A stretch of DNA of 64,000 nt from Phyllosticta citribraziliensis (taxonomy: Eukaryota), in contig NW_027117340.1 in assembly GCF_038025025.1 (NCBI RefSeq), positions 2,108,001-2,172,000 of the forward strand. Direction: 5' to 3'. Under the pieces are notes generated by a model. That model had not been told where the DNA came from. It saw nothing but the letters and a program-made list of their open reading frames with translations, and made no database searches. Position 1 is the first letter of the stretch. Every line of letters begins with the position of its first letter. Shown here one piece after another: positions 53,568 through 64,000 of the stretch. The position numbers and the translations under genes are program-made.

Positions 53568-54961
53568 TTGAATGCGATGAAGTTGGAGTAAACTTTGACC
53601 ATTATAAATCTACCAAATTTTGTAGGCCTTCCTTCAAGCACAGTTGCAACACTGCTGCATTCCAATCATCATTTTCCAAATTCAAAACAGGGCAAGACCC
53701 ATGAAATCAAATAGATGGGGTAAGAAGCTGCCAAAGCCGACGCGAAGAAGTGCGGGACTAAGCGAGGGATGGACCGCCCCGGGACGTTCTGCGCCGATCC
53801 TACCCGTCGAATTCGCAATGAGATCCCGGCACCGTAGTGCGACCAAACGACTGGCGCGGATGAAAGTCGCAGTCAGCGTGGGTTGGGAACGCGGCGGGAG
53901 CATTCAGGCTCATTTTGACTGAGCAACAGATCAGACGTGTCGAGTCTGTCAACTTAAGCCCGGCGTCGTTGTTGGCAAGGGTTTGGCGTTGTTTTGCTGC
54001 TTTGCTATAGATAGGTACCTACCTAGGCAGGCAAGGCAAGGCAAGGCGGAGAAGAAAGTCGGGCCAGCAAAAGCAAAACAGCGGCATGCATGTTTCGTGT
54101 TTTCTGTGGGACGCAGGGCGCTACTGCTGCATGTGAGATGAGGCAGATGAAGACTTTGGAAGAAGACGGGTCCTTCTACGCCTCGCCGTGGGGACGGGGC
54201 TGACGAGGCGCGGCGCGACTATTGGACTGGTGGTGCTGTGAGGCTTGCTTTGTCGTGATTGATCAGGCATGGATGAGGTGTTGGACGTGAGGACGGACGT
54301 TGGGCAGACGAGTCGCACAAGGCCTGTATCCCAGCAACTTGCACCTTAGAAGATGATTCCGCAGAGCCTCCCGTCTCCCGTGAACAACATGAACCAAGCT
54401 GAACCTGACGGGATGACGTTGGGCTGGCTCAACGTCATGTCTCTCGCTTGGCCTGCCTCACGTTGTGGACTGCCGTGTCCGACTGACGGCAACGAGCCCA
54501 CAAAAAATGATCAACACCATGAGGTCCATCCATGACCACCCATGTTCAGCGCCTGACCTCATCCACCCACCTCTCCCCACGCTCTGCGCAGGCCCTTTCT
54601 CCAGGGTAGGGTCAGGCACATCAAATGCCATCTCGCAGCGGGCGCCAGGCCCATTCGAGACATGGCCCGTCAGCGTCACACGCGGAAGCCCGCATGCGAT
54701 CATGGGCGCCGGCATGCCCCGCTGAGATGGTTGTCAAAACCTCCAGACCATCACGACGCGACTGCATACCCAACCTGCCTACCTTGGCTGCGCTTGTCGC
54801 GCCCGTCGCCTGATCCTGCTACACAAACAAGCCCAGGTCAGATGCTTGTCGCCGCTCTCTTAAATTCCCCCAAGGACCCTGCCGCATTCTTCGCCCTCTC
54901 ACTTCTGTGCCCTTTTTGTCTCTGCATTTCTGCCTGCATATAGTCAAGAGAGTGGCTGTCC

Positions 54962-56176
54962 ATGACGCCAGACAACCTCAAGATGCCACTTCCGCCAGGC
55001 TCGCCTTCTCCTTCGCTCGCTGTTGAAATCAATACTGCAACGCGGTCAGTCCACATTTCCCCCCAGATTGCACCATTCGCTGACCAGTCCGCATGCAGAC
55101 CTGCCCACACGTCTCTGAATCGCCTCATCACCTCTCGCCTTCCTCTCGGCCTCCCTCCGCACGCCGCCTCCCCTCGCCTTTACGCTTTTGGAATCCTCCA
55201 TTTCGCCCACCTCTTCTTCACCTTTGAAAGCTGCTGGCTTGACCTCACACGCGCTCAACAACCTTCAAACCCAACCTTATCCTCTCTTCTTGAAGACCCA
55301 TGGATCAGCGTCAACGGTGCCGCTTCCGACGACCAGAGCCCCAACCCGAACGCTGGAGCAGAACAATCAGTCCATGACCGCGAGATCCTCAACCTCCTTG
55401 CGCGCCTACTCCCTCCTGGCCTGCCTCGCTCAAAACGTCTGCGCACCGACCTCGCTACACTTCTTTCGCTCTCCCCAATAGACCTCGACGTACACCTTGC
55501 GACATATCCTACGCCGCTCCTCGCCACTACCACTGCCCATATCCGTCGCAGACTGCGCACACATCCGCACCTGCTCCTCGCCTACACCCACGTGCTTTAC
55601 CTAGCCATATTTGCCGGCGGTCGTTGGATACGACAGCAGCTTCTGAACGGCGGGCCTGAATTCTGGGGATGCGGCGCAGTGGACGGCGAGGAGCACGAAG
55701 CAGCATGGAAGCAGCAAGTCACCTCCAAGGGACTGAGCCTATGGTTCTTTGACGGCGCCGCAGACGGCGAGGACGTCAGGTCCGAATTCAAGCGGCGCTG
55801 GGCAGAGGTGGAAGTCTTGCTGTCGGCGGAGCAGCGAGCTCAAGTCGTCGACGAGTCGCGTCACGTCTTCGCCATTGTCGAAGAGCTGGTCCGAGAGCTG
55901 GACAGACAGCTGGACACGCCCGGCACTATGGGCCTGCGCGAGGACGTTGGTCAGGAGATTAAAGACGTGGAAGAAAAGGGCGACGCCATCGAGCTGGACC
56001 CTGTCGCCCAGCGAGTCGAGGAGTCGTACGCGAGGTGGGCAAAGCTCAGCCGCCGGAGCAGTTTCGCTGGCGCCCTCGTGCTGTTGGGTGGTTTCTACTG
56101 GTGGGCGGCGTGCTGTCTGGGCTTAAGCTTGGGTCTCAACGGCATCGCCGTGGGACCGGAGTGGCCAGACATTTGA
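54962..56176 (+). CDS. Heme oxygenase-like protein with C-terminal membrane anchor
   Basis: After removing intron 55045-55098: INTATRPAHTSLNRLI (proximal His helix). Also HLLLAYTHVLYLAIFAGGRWIR distal helix and a hydrophobic tail. Confidence 0.85.
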   Translation: MTPDNLKMPLPPGSPSPSLAVEINTATRSVHISPQIAPFADQSACRPAHTSLNRLITSRLPLGLPPHAASPRLYAFGILHFAHLFFTFESCWLDLTRAQQPSNPTLSSLLEDPWISVNGAASDDQSPNPNAGAEQSVHDREILNLLARLLPPGLPRSKRLRTDLATLLSLSPIDLDVHLATYPTPLLATTTAHIRRRLRTHPHLLLAYTHVLYLAIFAGGRWIRQQLLNGGPEFWGCGAVDGEEHEAAWKQQVTSKGLSLWFFDGAADGEDVRSEFKRRWAEVEVLLSAEQRAQVVDESRHVFAIVEELVRELDRQLDTPGTMGLREDVGQEIKDVEEKGDAIELDPVAQRVEESYARWAKLSRRSSFAGALVLLGGFYWWAACCLGLSLGLNGIAVGPEWPDI

Positions 56177-56831
56177 TTCCATCGCATAGCGGGCATATGA
56201 TCATTACTACCTGGGTTAAAGGTTTTGGGTAATGCATGACGGGTTTGCGAAAGGCGGCGTCTAGGAGGGGAACCATGGTTGCTTCCGCGGGGCTACAGGT
56301 TTGATACCAGATCTTGACGTTGGGCTGATTTGGCTGGCGGTGCATCGGAGTTTTCTTTCACAGCTTGGAGAGCCTTTTTTTAACTTCCGAGGGCAAGGCT
56401 CGAGACGAGAGTCAAATCGTCGTAAAGATCCCCTTGTCGTAGAAACGATAGATTGCTTACTTTGGCTTGAATGAGAATAGTGCTTCGACGAACGTGAATC
56501 TAAGAGCGGGCAGTGCGGATAGCTGAGGGATGGCGGAGACGATCCACCCATCAAGAAATGGTTCCTGAGAGCAAGACGATGTTGGGTTTGTCGGCGGGGA
56601 TGGATGAGCAATGCGCAGCGCAATCAAACCAACGGCCTGCATGATCGACAGTAGCCGACGTCAGCTTCGCTGCAAGCTCCCGGTCTCACCCAAACAACCA
56701 CGTTTCACACAACCATCGTTGCTTCCTCGCCTCAACATTCGCTCTTTTGCCAATTACATGTAACACCCCTCGGGCCCTCGCGTTACATCCACCCACACCA
56801 TTGCCAGCCAGCCCAGGCGCCCTCATCCACC

Positions 56832-57843
56832 ATGACCACCCGCGGCCAATTCAATACCAAGAACCCCACCATCAAGCGCATACGTACGCAGCCTTGCACC
56901 TACTCGCCCCGCATGTCGATATTCACTAACAGCTGCTCCAATAGTCAAGGAAGCTAGCGAACTTGCCTCGCAACCCTCGCCCGACTTCCACGCCGAGCCG
57001 CTGGAAGACAACCTCTTTGAATGGCACTTTACGCTGCGCGGCCCGCCGGAGCCATCGCCCTACGCCGTCGGCCTCTACCACGGCCGCATCATCCTACCTG
57101 CACAGTACCCGCTGCGCCCGCCGTCCTTCCGCTTCGTCACGCCATCGGGCCGCTTCGAGGTCAACCGCGAAATCTGCCTGAGCATCAGCGGCCACCATGA
57201 GGAGACCTGGCAGCCGGCTTGGGGCATACGGACCGCGCTAGTAGCCATACGCAGCTTCATGGACACGGACGCAAAGGGCCAAGTCGGCGGGATCGACAGC
57301 ACGGAAGCGGCGAGAAAGAAGCTTGCGAGCGAGAGCGTGGCCTGGAGGTGCGGGGCTTGCGGGAAGACCAACGATGAGATTATGAAGGAGAGGGAGATTG
57401 TGGAAGAGGCGGATGAGAGCAGGAAGCCGGACGAGGTGCCCGAGGAACTGCGGCTTGCGTATAGGGACGAGATGGGCGAGAAGGAAAAGCAGAAAAGCGA
57501 AGCGTCCGCGTCGACTTCACAGAACGCTTCCCATGCGGAGCGCGAGCAGCAGCGAGCCTCTCAACCACAACCTTCGGACTCGACCCTGAGGTCTCGAAAC
57601 TTGCCAACGTCCAATGCCACAGCACCAGCACCGGCTCAGCCTGCACAACCGACAGCGCAAGCAGCTCCTCAAACAGCCCTCGCACCCACGCGCACCATCC
57701 CCGCCGTTCCGCCTCTCCAACAACAACAACAACAACAACAGCAACAACCACTCGACGACGGCATACCAGCCTGGATCGATAAAGCCATCTACGGCGTCGT
57801 CACGGCGCTCGCCTTCCTCATCCTGCGCAAGTTCTTCTACTGA
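56832..57843 (+). CDS. UBC6: Tail-anchored ubiquitin-conjugating enzyme E2 (Ubc6/UBE2J1-like), 2 exons
   Basis: NPTIKRI|KEA, PLEDNLFEWHFTLRGP, YHGRI, GRFEVNREICLSISGHHEETWQPAW and a C-terminal TM helix. Intron 56884-56944. Confidence 0.92.
57718..57747 (+). repeat. CAA/CAG repeat encoding Q10 in the UBC6 linker
   Basis: (CAA)7 CAG (CAA)2 in frame. Confidence 0.9.
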
Positions 57844-58669
57844 GACGCAGCCTCCCTCCCCACACAAATATTTTCGCTTCTTCATCCATACTAATTTTCT
57901 TTGTGGCCGTATCTAGTCCTTCTCTCGATGAGCCACATCACGAGATGGAAAGGCGGCGTAGCGGTGGCGTTGAGGGAATGGCGTGGCGTTCGGGATACCA
58001 AGCTTTTTGCGCTCGGGTTCTTTGTCCTTTTTCACCGTAGGTGGTCTCTTGATTGGAGTGGCGGAGATTGCTTGATTTATGGATGGATTGAGTGAGTGAG
58101 TGCGGTGTGAGGTGTCATGGCTGCTTTCTGTCTCTCTTACTCCTTTGTTTCAGTCACAGTTTTTCCTTTACTCTTCTGTTTTGTTGGGTTTCCAGGCTCA
58201 GCTTACGGTAGCTTCGAATGCAGACCGGGAGCATTCAAGCAAGATCTTCATCCCCCTTTTGCCCTACTCTTGCTGAGTGAAGTCGTTCTCTCGACACCGT
58301 CCCATCCACGACCGGCTCCGCATGCAGCAAAAAGGAGCCACACGTCTACACGAACCCAGGTATGTGTCGTTCTCGTGGCACCCGAGGCCCGCTGATCAAA
58401 CTGCCTGTTTAGGATACTTTTCCGTGGCAGGGGAAGGGAGCGGACGGGAAACACGGAGGTATGCTCACTGCAATGCATATGTACATGCATGTACCAACAC
58501 ACCAAGCAAGAAGGCAAAATTCCTGTCCGGAACTGAGGAAAAGGTATCATTTTACATGCAAACGAACAATTGGAGCAAAGCTGACAAAACAAAAGGACAG
58601 TGCCGCCGCCGCCGTCTATACCGCGCCCAAAGACAGAAAGCAAGGCAACAGGCTCAGAGACAAGAAAGA

Positions 58670-61121
58670 TCAATCCAACACCTTGTGCATCAGCTCGCGA
58701 CAGGCGCCGATGAACTTGAGGTACACCTCCTTCTTCTGGAACAGGAACATCTCGCGGTCGAACGGCAGCTTGTACGCTCCGAGCAGCGCTACCACGGCGT
58801 CATCTGCCCAAGTCAGAACATCGTTTCTAATCTCACATTTCGCGTTGGAAGTGTAAAAGCAGGGGAGGCGAGGGGAGACTGAGACTTACTGTCCATCTGT
58901 CGAATCTCGTCGCCGTTGAGCGGCGCCAGCGGCGGGACTTCGTACTTGCCAAAACTGTCTTTGCGCATCGAGGTCGGCAGCGCATTGAGCGGCTCTGTCA
59001 GCTCCGTCGTGCCGGCATTCATGTTGCGCAATTCGAGGCGCTTGCTGTGATGATGTCAGCCTCTCCATCCGGCACACGACAGCTTTTGAAAGATCACAAG
59101 CACACGACGACAGCAGCGGAGACGACGCACCTTTCCAAATCCCGGTCCATTCCGTCCTTGACCTGAGCGAAGCCGCTCGTGGCGAAGCGCTTGAGGTCTT
59201 CCAGCTCGACCTGCAGGCGCTCAATGTGGCTCAGCGTGCCGAGCGAAAGCGTCGTTTGGTCGTTCATCATGCGGAACTTCCACTGCTCGAGCTCGGAGAG
59301 GGAACTGCAACGCCTCCGATGGGCGTCGTCGGCTTCACTTCCTGGATTCGGTTCGCCGTTCAGCTCGGCGCGGGGCGGTTCATTCGATGAGTGTTGAGCA
59401 GTTGACGCAGCGCTCGGAGGAGGAGCTGGAAGTGAATTTGGCACGGCTGCAGCACCAGAGCTCGTCGACAATGCTGGACCTGCATCGTTGTTCAATCCCC
59501 CACCGGATCCGCCATCTTGATCGCCACTCGACGACGGCACATCATCCAGCTCATCAATCTTGCCCAACGACCCAGGCAACGACAAGCCCGACAACGACAG
59601 CCGAGGAAACATGTCCATCTCGGTAGCCAACGCCGCCGCCAGACTCAGACTGTCGCGCTGCTGCCTGAACTGCACCGGCGGTTCCAGCGGCGCCGACTCG
59701 ATCGAAGTGCTTCGATTCTGTTGCGGCTCTGCTTCCGGCGCGCTGTAGTTGCTCGCGCCGCCGCCCATGCCGCCCATCATCACGTCTGGCGCGGCGGGCA
59801 ACTCGGTGATGGACCCAATCCGCATGCGCACGTCGTCCGTACCGATGCGTAGCCCACCGTCCGACGCGCCTGACCACGCCATGGATGTCGGCATGCTCCT
59901 CGGCGTCGTTATGGCCATGCCCCTCGCCGCGCTGTAGGGGTGGTACGGCCCCGGTCCGTATCTCCTCTGTCGCGACTGCGCGCCCTGATAGCTTGCCTCT
60001 TCGACCGTCCCAGGCGTTGCTGGTCGTAGCGCCCGGTTCGGAGGCATGACGCCACTCATGGCTGCTGGTCCCTGCTGTTGCATCATAGCGCCTGGCAGCG
60101 GCCTGGATCCGACTGTCAGGGCCGCTGGGTACGGGTGCCGCGGTGGAGATGAGGGCGTCTGTTTGCGAGATGGCAGCGCGGCAACGGCAATGGGAACAGG
60201 CGGGTTGACGCGCATATTGCGCGGCTGGACGGCGCGAGTAAAGATGATCTGAGGGCTGGACGGTGTCGGAGAAGGGGCGGCAGAAAGGGGAAAAGACGGG
60301 GGTGGTTGCGGAGTGTGAGGCACAGAATGCGACGGCGCATGGCGGTAGTGGCGTTGCGGCCGCTGCTGCTGAGGATGGAAGCTCTGTGGGCGCTTCTCAA
60401 TACTGCGCTGCTGCTGGACGTGTTCTTGGTGGTACTGGTTCTGTCCTGGCGAGAGACTCGGCCCTTGGGGCGGCATGCTGTGCGCGCGCATGCCCTGCTG
60501 CGGCGACACGGCCAGCCCGCCATTCGCAGGAAACGGCTTCGGATGATGGAATCTGGGCGGTTGCACTCGAGGCACGTTACCATTCGTCTCCAGGCGGTTG
60601 CTGCGGCGGATGGGCTCGGTGGCAGGATCAAAGGGCACGCCCTCCTCCTGGCCAGGAGTGCGCGGAGTCGACGTCGCCCACCACTGCGTGGCAGCCGGGG
60701 CCGTCCAATTTTGTTCCTTATTATCTGCAGGAGGCCATGCGTTGTCTGCGTCCATCGGATTGCCAATGGTAGCGGCATTCGATGCTGGGGTCAGCGTGTC
60801 GAATGGCGATGCGTTGCAGCTCCGGGAGACGAAGCAGGAATCAGGTGCGTGCAGCATTGGAGTAGGGGAGCTGAGAGCAGACGGGTCAACAGTGTCAAAA
60901 GGTGCCGATGAGTCGAATTGCGCCAGAAAGGCCGAAATGTCCTGCTCTTCTCTGCTCACGTCGCCGTCGGGAAACGACGTGAAAAGGGGCAGTGGCGGAG
61001 AAACGCTGTTTGTCGATTGAGTGCTGGCAACGGGTCCTTGTGACTGCTGCACATGGAGCGGTGACAGAGCCGGCGACGAGCCATCTGCCGTACGCCCACC
61101 ATTCGCGGGGCCTCCAGCCAT
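58670..61121 (-). CDS. 759-aa protein: long disordered N-terminus, short coiled coil, putative Mug135-like C-terminal domain; 3 exons
   Basis: Exons 61121-59131, 59044-58890 and 58803-58670 total 2280 nt; both introns are GT..CTGAC..CAG. C-terminus reads RNMNAGTTELTEPLNALP..PLAPLNGDEIRQMDNDAVVALLGAYKL..KKEVYLKFIG. The gene model is solid; the domain name is from recalled pattern only. Confidence 0.7.
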
Positions 61122-62145
61122 GAAGGGAAATAAAGGGTGCAATCGTTTTCTGGAAGCGGGATCGAAGAAGACGAAGAGACGACACAACGGCGGGAACGAT
61201 GCAGCAAGGCAGAGACAGGCAACAATCGAGCACACCGGCACGCCGGGTCGAGGTAGCGAGGCAGTTTGGGAGACTTGGACGACGGAATGTTCAATGAGTG
61301 CTGGAAGATTGAGCTCGCCAGAGTTATGTGAGTACCGACAGGTGTCTCTCCGTCTTTTGCTCGCAGCGGCCCGCCAGCGGTTCAGAGCTCCTGCCAACGA
61401 CTTGACCGCCTGGCTGGGTGCACTGCTCGTTTGTGTCGGTTCTGTCTCATTTCGGTCCATTGCAGACACCAATACTGGCTCCGATCTGTACGTGGTGGCG
61501 GTGTGGCTTCCTCATGTTTGAACAGCGAGTCTGCAGATGAATCCAACACCGCAGGCATTGTGAGCTCCAGCGCGTCGGCATTGCCGGTATCATGCGTGGA
61601 GAGAATGACTTGGAGCAAGAATCTGGACATTAAGGCCCTTGAGTTGATCAATCGTCTTCTCGGGTCGATCGTCTGTCTCGCACAAGACGGGTGAGCGGGC
61701 TGTCGCTGAGACCTGAATAAGTTTCGCTCACGAACAGCTCAGTTGGCAGATCGTGTCATTGTGCGGTGTCTGTCGGTCAGTTGCATATCCGCGATGCAGT
61801 GGCCCGAGCCACACAACAATGTCTCTCTCAGGAAGCCGCCTGCAAAGCCAAGACAAAGGTTTCAGAACAGGAAGCCACGCATTGGTTTCTGTCGCCTTGT
61901 GGGAAAAGTCTCCTCGGTCTCGGATAGTGTCGACGCTCGCTCTGGGGATTAAGGGGTTGAGAGCGTGCGATTTGACCGTTCGCCCTGTTCATGTGAGTGG
62001 CACCCCACAGACCCCTTCCGACCGCTCTTCAAAAGGAAGGTATATTGGTTCCTGGCCGATGTTCAGGCTTTGAAACCCCAACTTTTACTTGTATGTACAA
62101 GAAATGATACAGCCCGCTGCGTTACGCGTCAATTCGTCGCAACCC

Positions 62146-63393
62146 TCAACAACCCGACCACAATCCTGAAAAAGCGTCAGCGCACATCCGGTTCCCGGCT
62201 TGGAAATTCTCACCATTGGCATAAAGAGAGTAAGTGTCAGCATTCGCAATGGCCTGTTTTGGACGGAGGGATTTTGTCGTTCGATACCCGTAGCCGATGT
62301 CTATCGTACCGGCAACAGAATCCAAATGCGTCATCTCGTGGAGAGTGGTGGTGGCTCTGTCCTGTCCATGGCACTCCTTGGTGAGATCCGGATAGTCAGG
62401 GGCATAATATGCAGGGCAGTAAACCTGCAGCCCAGTCGATGGCGAAGTGTACGCCAAGGTCAACCCGTCACAGTACTCGAACCCATCATCGCAGTGGATG
62501 CGCGTGTCTCCACCATCAAGCTTGCCGCACTCAGCAGCGACTTTTGCGTACACTCCTGCCACTGCCTTGCGCATCTCCGGGGACGGGTCTTTGAAATACT
62601 TGGCAAATGTTTTGGGGTCTCCCATTGAGGCTGCCTGCTGAGCGCCCTGAGACAACTTGGCACAAGCGTCCAATGCTCTCAAGACAGTATCCTTTTGGGG
62701 TCCAGGGGGGCAGCTCTCGAGTACCGATCGTTTCTTGAGCTTCTGGACTTTGCCGTGGAACTCATCTCGCTTTTGTCTAGCGCGATGGGGATCGACGCTG
62801 ATGCGTATTACGTTGCTCTCGTACGGGACCGCTCCAGAAAGTTCAAAGGAATCACCTTCTGCGTAAGATATTACGCCGCGGGAAAGCACGTCGTACTCCT
62901 TCCCATGTAAAGCATACATCTCGGCAACGTCAAAGGTAACTTCATGACTCTGACCAGGAGGTAGGTTCAGAAAAGATGAAGGACCCAATCCGGTAATAAC
63001 CGGCCGCAGACGCACACCTTCAAATGGGACTTGCGCATCTACACCGCATTAGCTCTTATCCTGTTTCGACAAGCGAATGCTTCCGATTGGTCGTTTTTTG
63101 TTGTTCAAACATACCAGCGGAGTGCAGCTCGGCTTTCTGAACCGCGGCGTTATCCAGAAAATTGCCCTGTACCCCTTTCAGTAAGCACGTGTACCTTGAC
63201 ATGGTGTTCCTCGCTCTACCTTCTTGAACAAGTTCAGACTGTCAGGTCCGTTGTTTGTCACAGTGGCCTTTATCTCGGTGTGGTTTGCCAATTCGAGAAT
63301 AACGCTGAGGTGGGAGTCTCTGTTGACGCTAATGACTGCACAGCTGGCTAGTGATGCCAGGGTGGCGGGTGCAAAACACTTGAATAACCTCAT
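62146..63393 (-). CDS. Deuterolysin / neutral protease II (M35 aspzincin) preproenzyme, 4 exons
   Basis: Signal peptide; propeptide KATVTNNG..LNLFK..VPFEGVRLR; KKR processing site; HEMTH, GTID and NADTY zinc motifs. Confidence 0.93.
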
Positions 63394-64000
63394 ATGTACT
63401 GATGAAGGAATGTCTTTTACAAACGAGGGACTGGTAAGGATCGACAATGACTTGGAGTTGGACCGAGCGCAAGTTTTTGAAGCACATCAGAAGCAAAGTG
63501 TTCTTATAACAGTCTAGAAGTGCCAGCCGCACTCTGTCACATTCTAGATTGTTGCTCTAGGCATGTTGTAACATATACTTGGCAATGGGCCAGCCACAAA
63601 GACAGGCCGCAGCAGTAGCGGACTGATCGTCAAGGTCTTGAAGCATTCGGCTGCTTGGATTCGTGGAGAGCAGGGAGGTTCGATCTGGCCTGCCTTCTCC
63701 AGCTGAATACTGATGACGATGAGAACGCCAACAACCAGCGAGAAAGAGAACACGAACTCGTCGATTCGTTGGGTCGCCAAAAAGCCAAGTCAGACAAGCC
63801 ATGTTGGGTCCTATTCGAAGTAGGCATGTCAGGACCAAAAGACGACCAGTCATTACTTACCCAAGCGTGAAGAGTGACATCAAACCGCCTCATCACGCCC
63901 GCATCCATGGTGAGACACTGGGCCGCCACCAGCTGGACTCACGCCGTTCAAACATTCTGCGTGAGAAGAGCACGACACTGTCATTACACAGTGGGTATTG

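Noticed and set aside
61122..61472. Upstream extension of the 792-aa ORF
   Set aside because: The sequence looks like a pyrimidine-rich 5' UTR; ATG 61121 is the more plausible start, though an upstream ATG cannot be excluded.
1..64000. Transposons, Starship captain genes, CRISPR arrays, rRNA
   Set aside because: No transposase/RT/integrase/tyrosine-recombinase motifs, terminal repeats, spaced direct repeats or AT-rich RIP blocks were seen by eye.

Overview
Gene-rich window (about 55% GC by eye) from a filamentous ascomycete, with GT-AG introns, CTRAC-type branch points and many simple repeats. I can support about 20 spliced protein-coding genes and one intron-containing tRNA-Ser(CGA). The genes are: Sec2-domain protein, AflR-type Zn2Cys6 factor, an SDR + MFS + dihydroxyacetone-kinase + Zn2Cys6 four-gene block, DUF3445 protein, HSL esterase, RPL22, two small secreted proteins, laccase, Ssu1/Mae1-type transporter, F-box protein, UTP8-like/ELG1-like divergent pair, sugar porter, heme oxygenase, UBC6, a Mug135-like C-domain protein and an M35 deuterolysin. 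I recognised no transposon or CRISPR array. Two leads stand out. (1) A 759-aa gene at 58670-61121 has a disordered-region + coiled-coil + Mug135-like C-domain layout resembling the fission-yeast killer meiotic driver Tdk1/Mug135. (2) The compact SDR-MFS-DAK-TF block looks like a polyol/ketose utilisation cluster, with shared CACGTG boxes in both divergent promoters. All family calls come from motif recognition by eye; no database searches were run.
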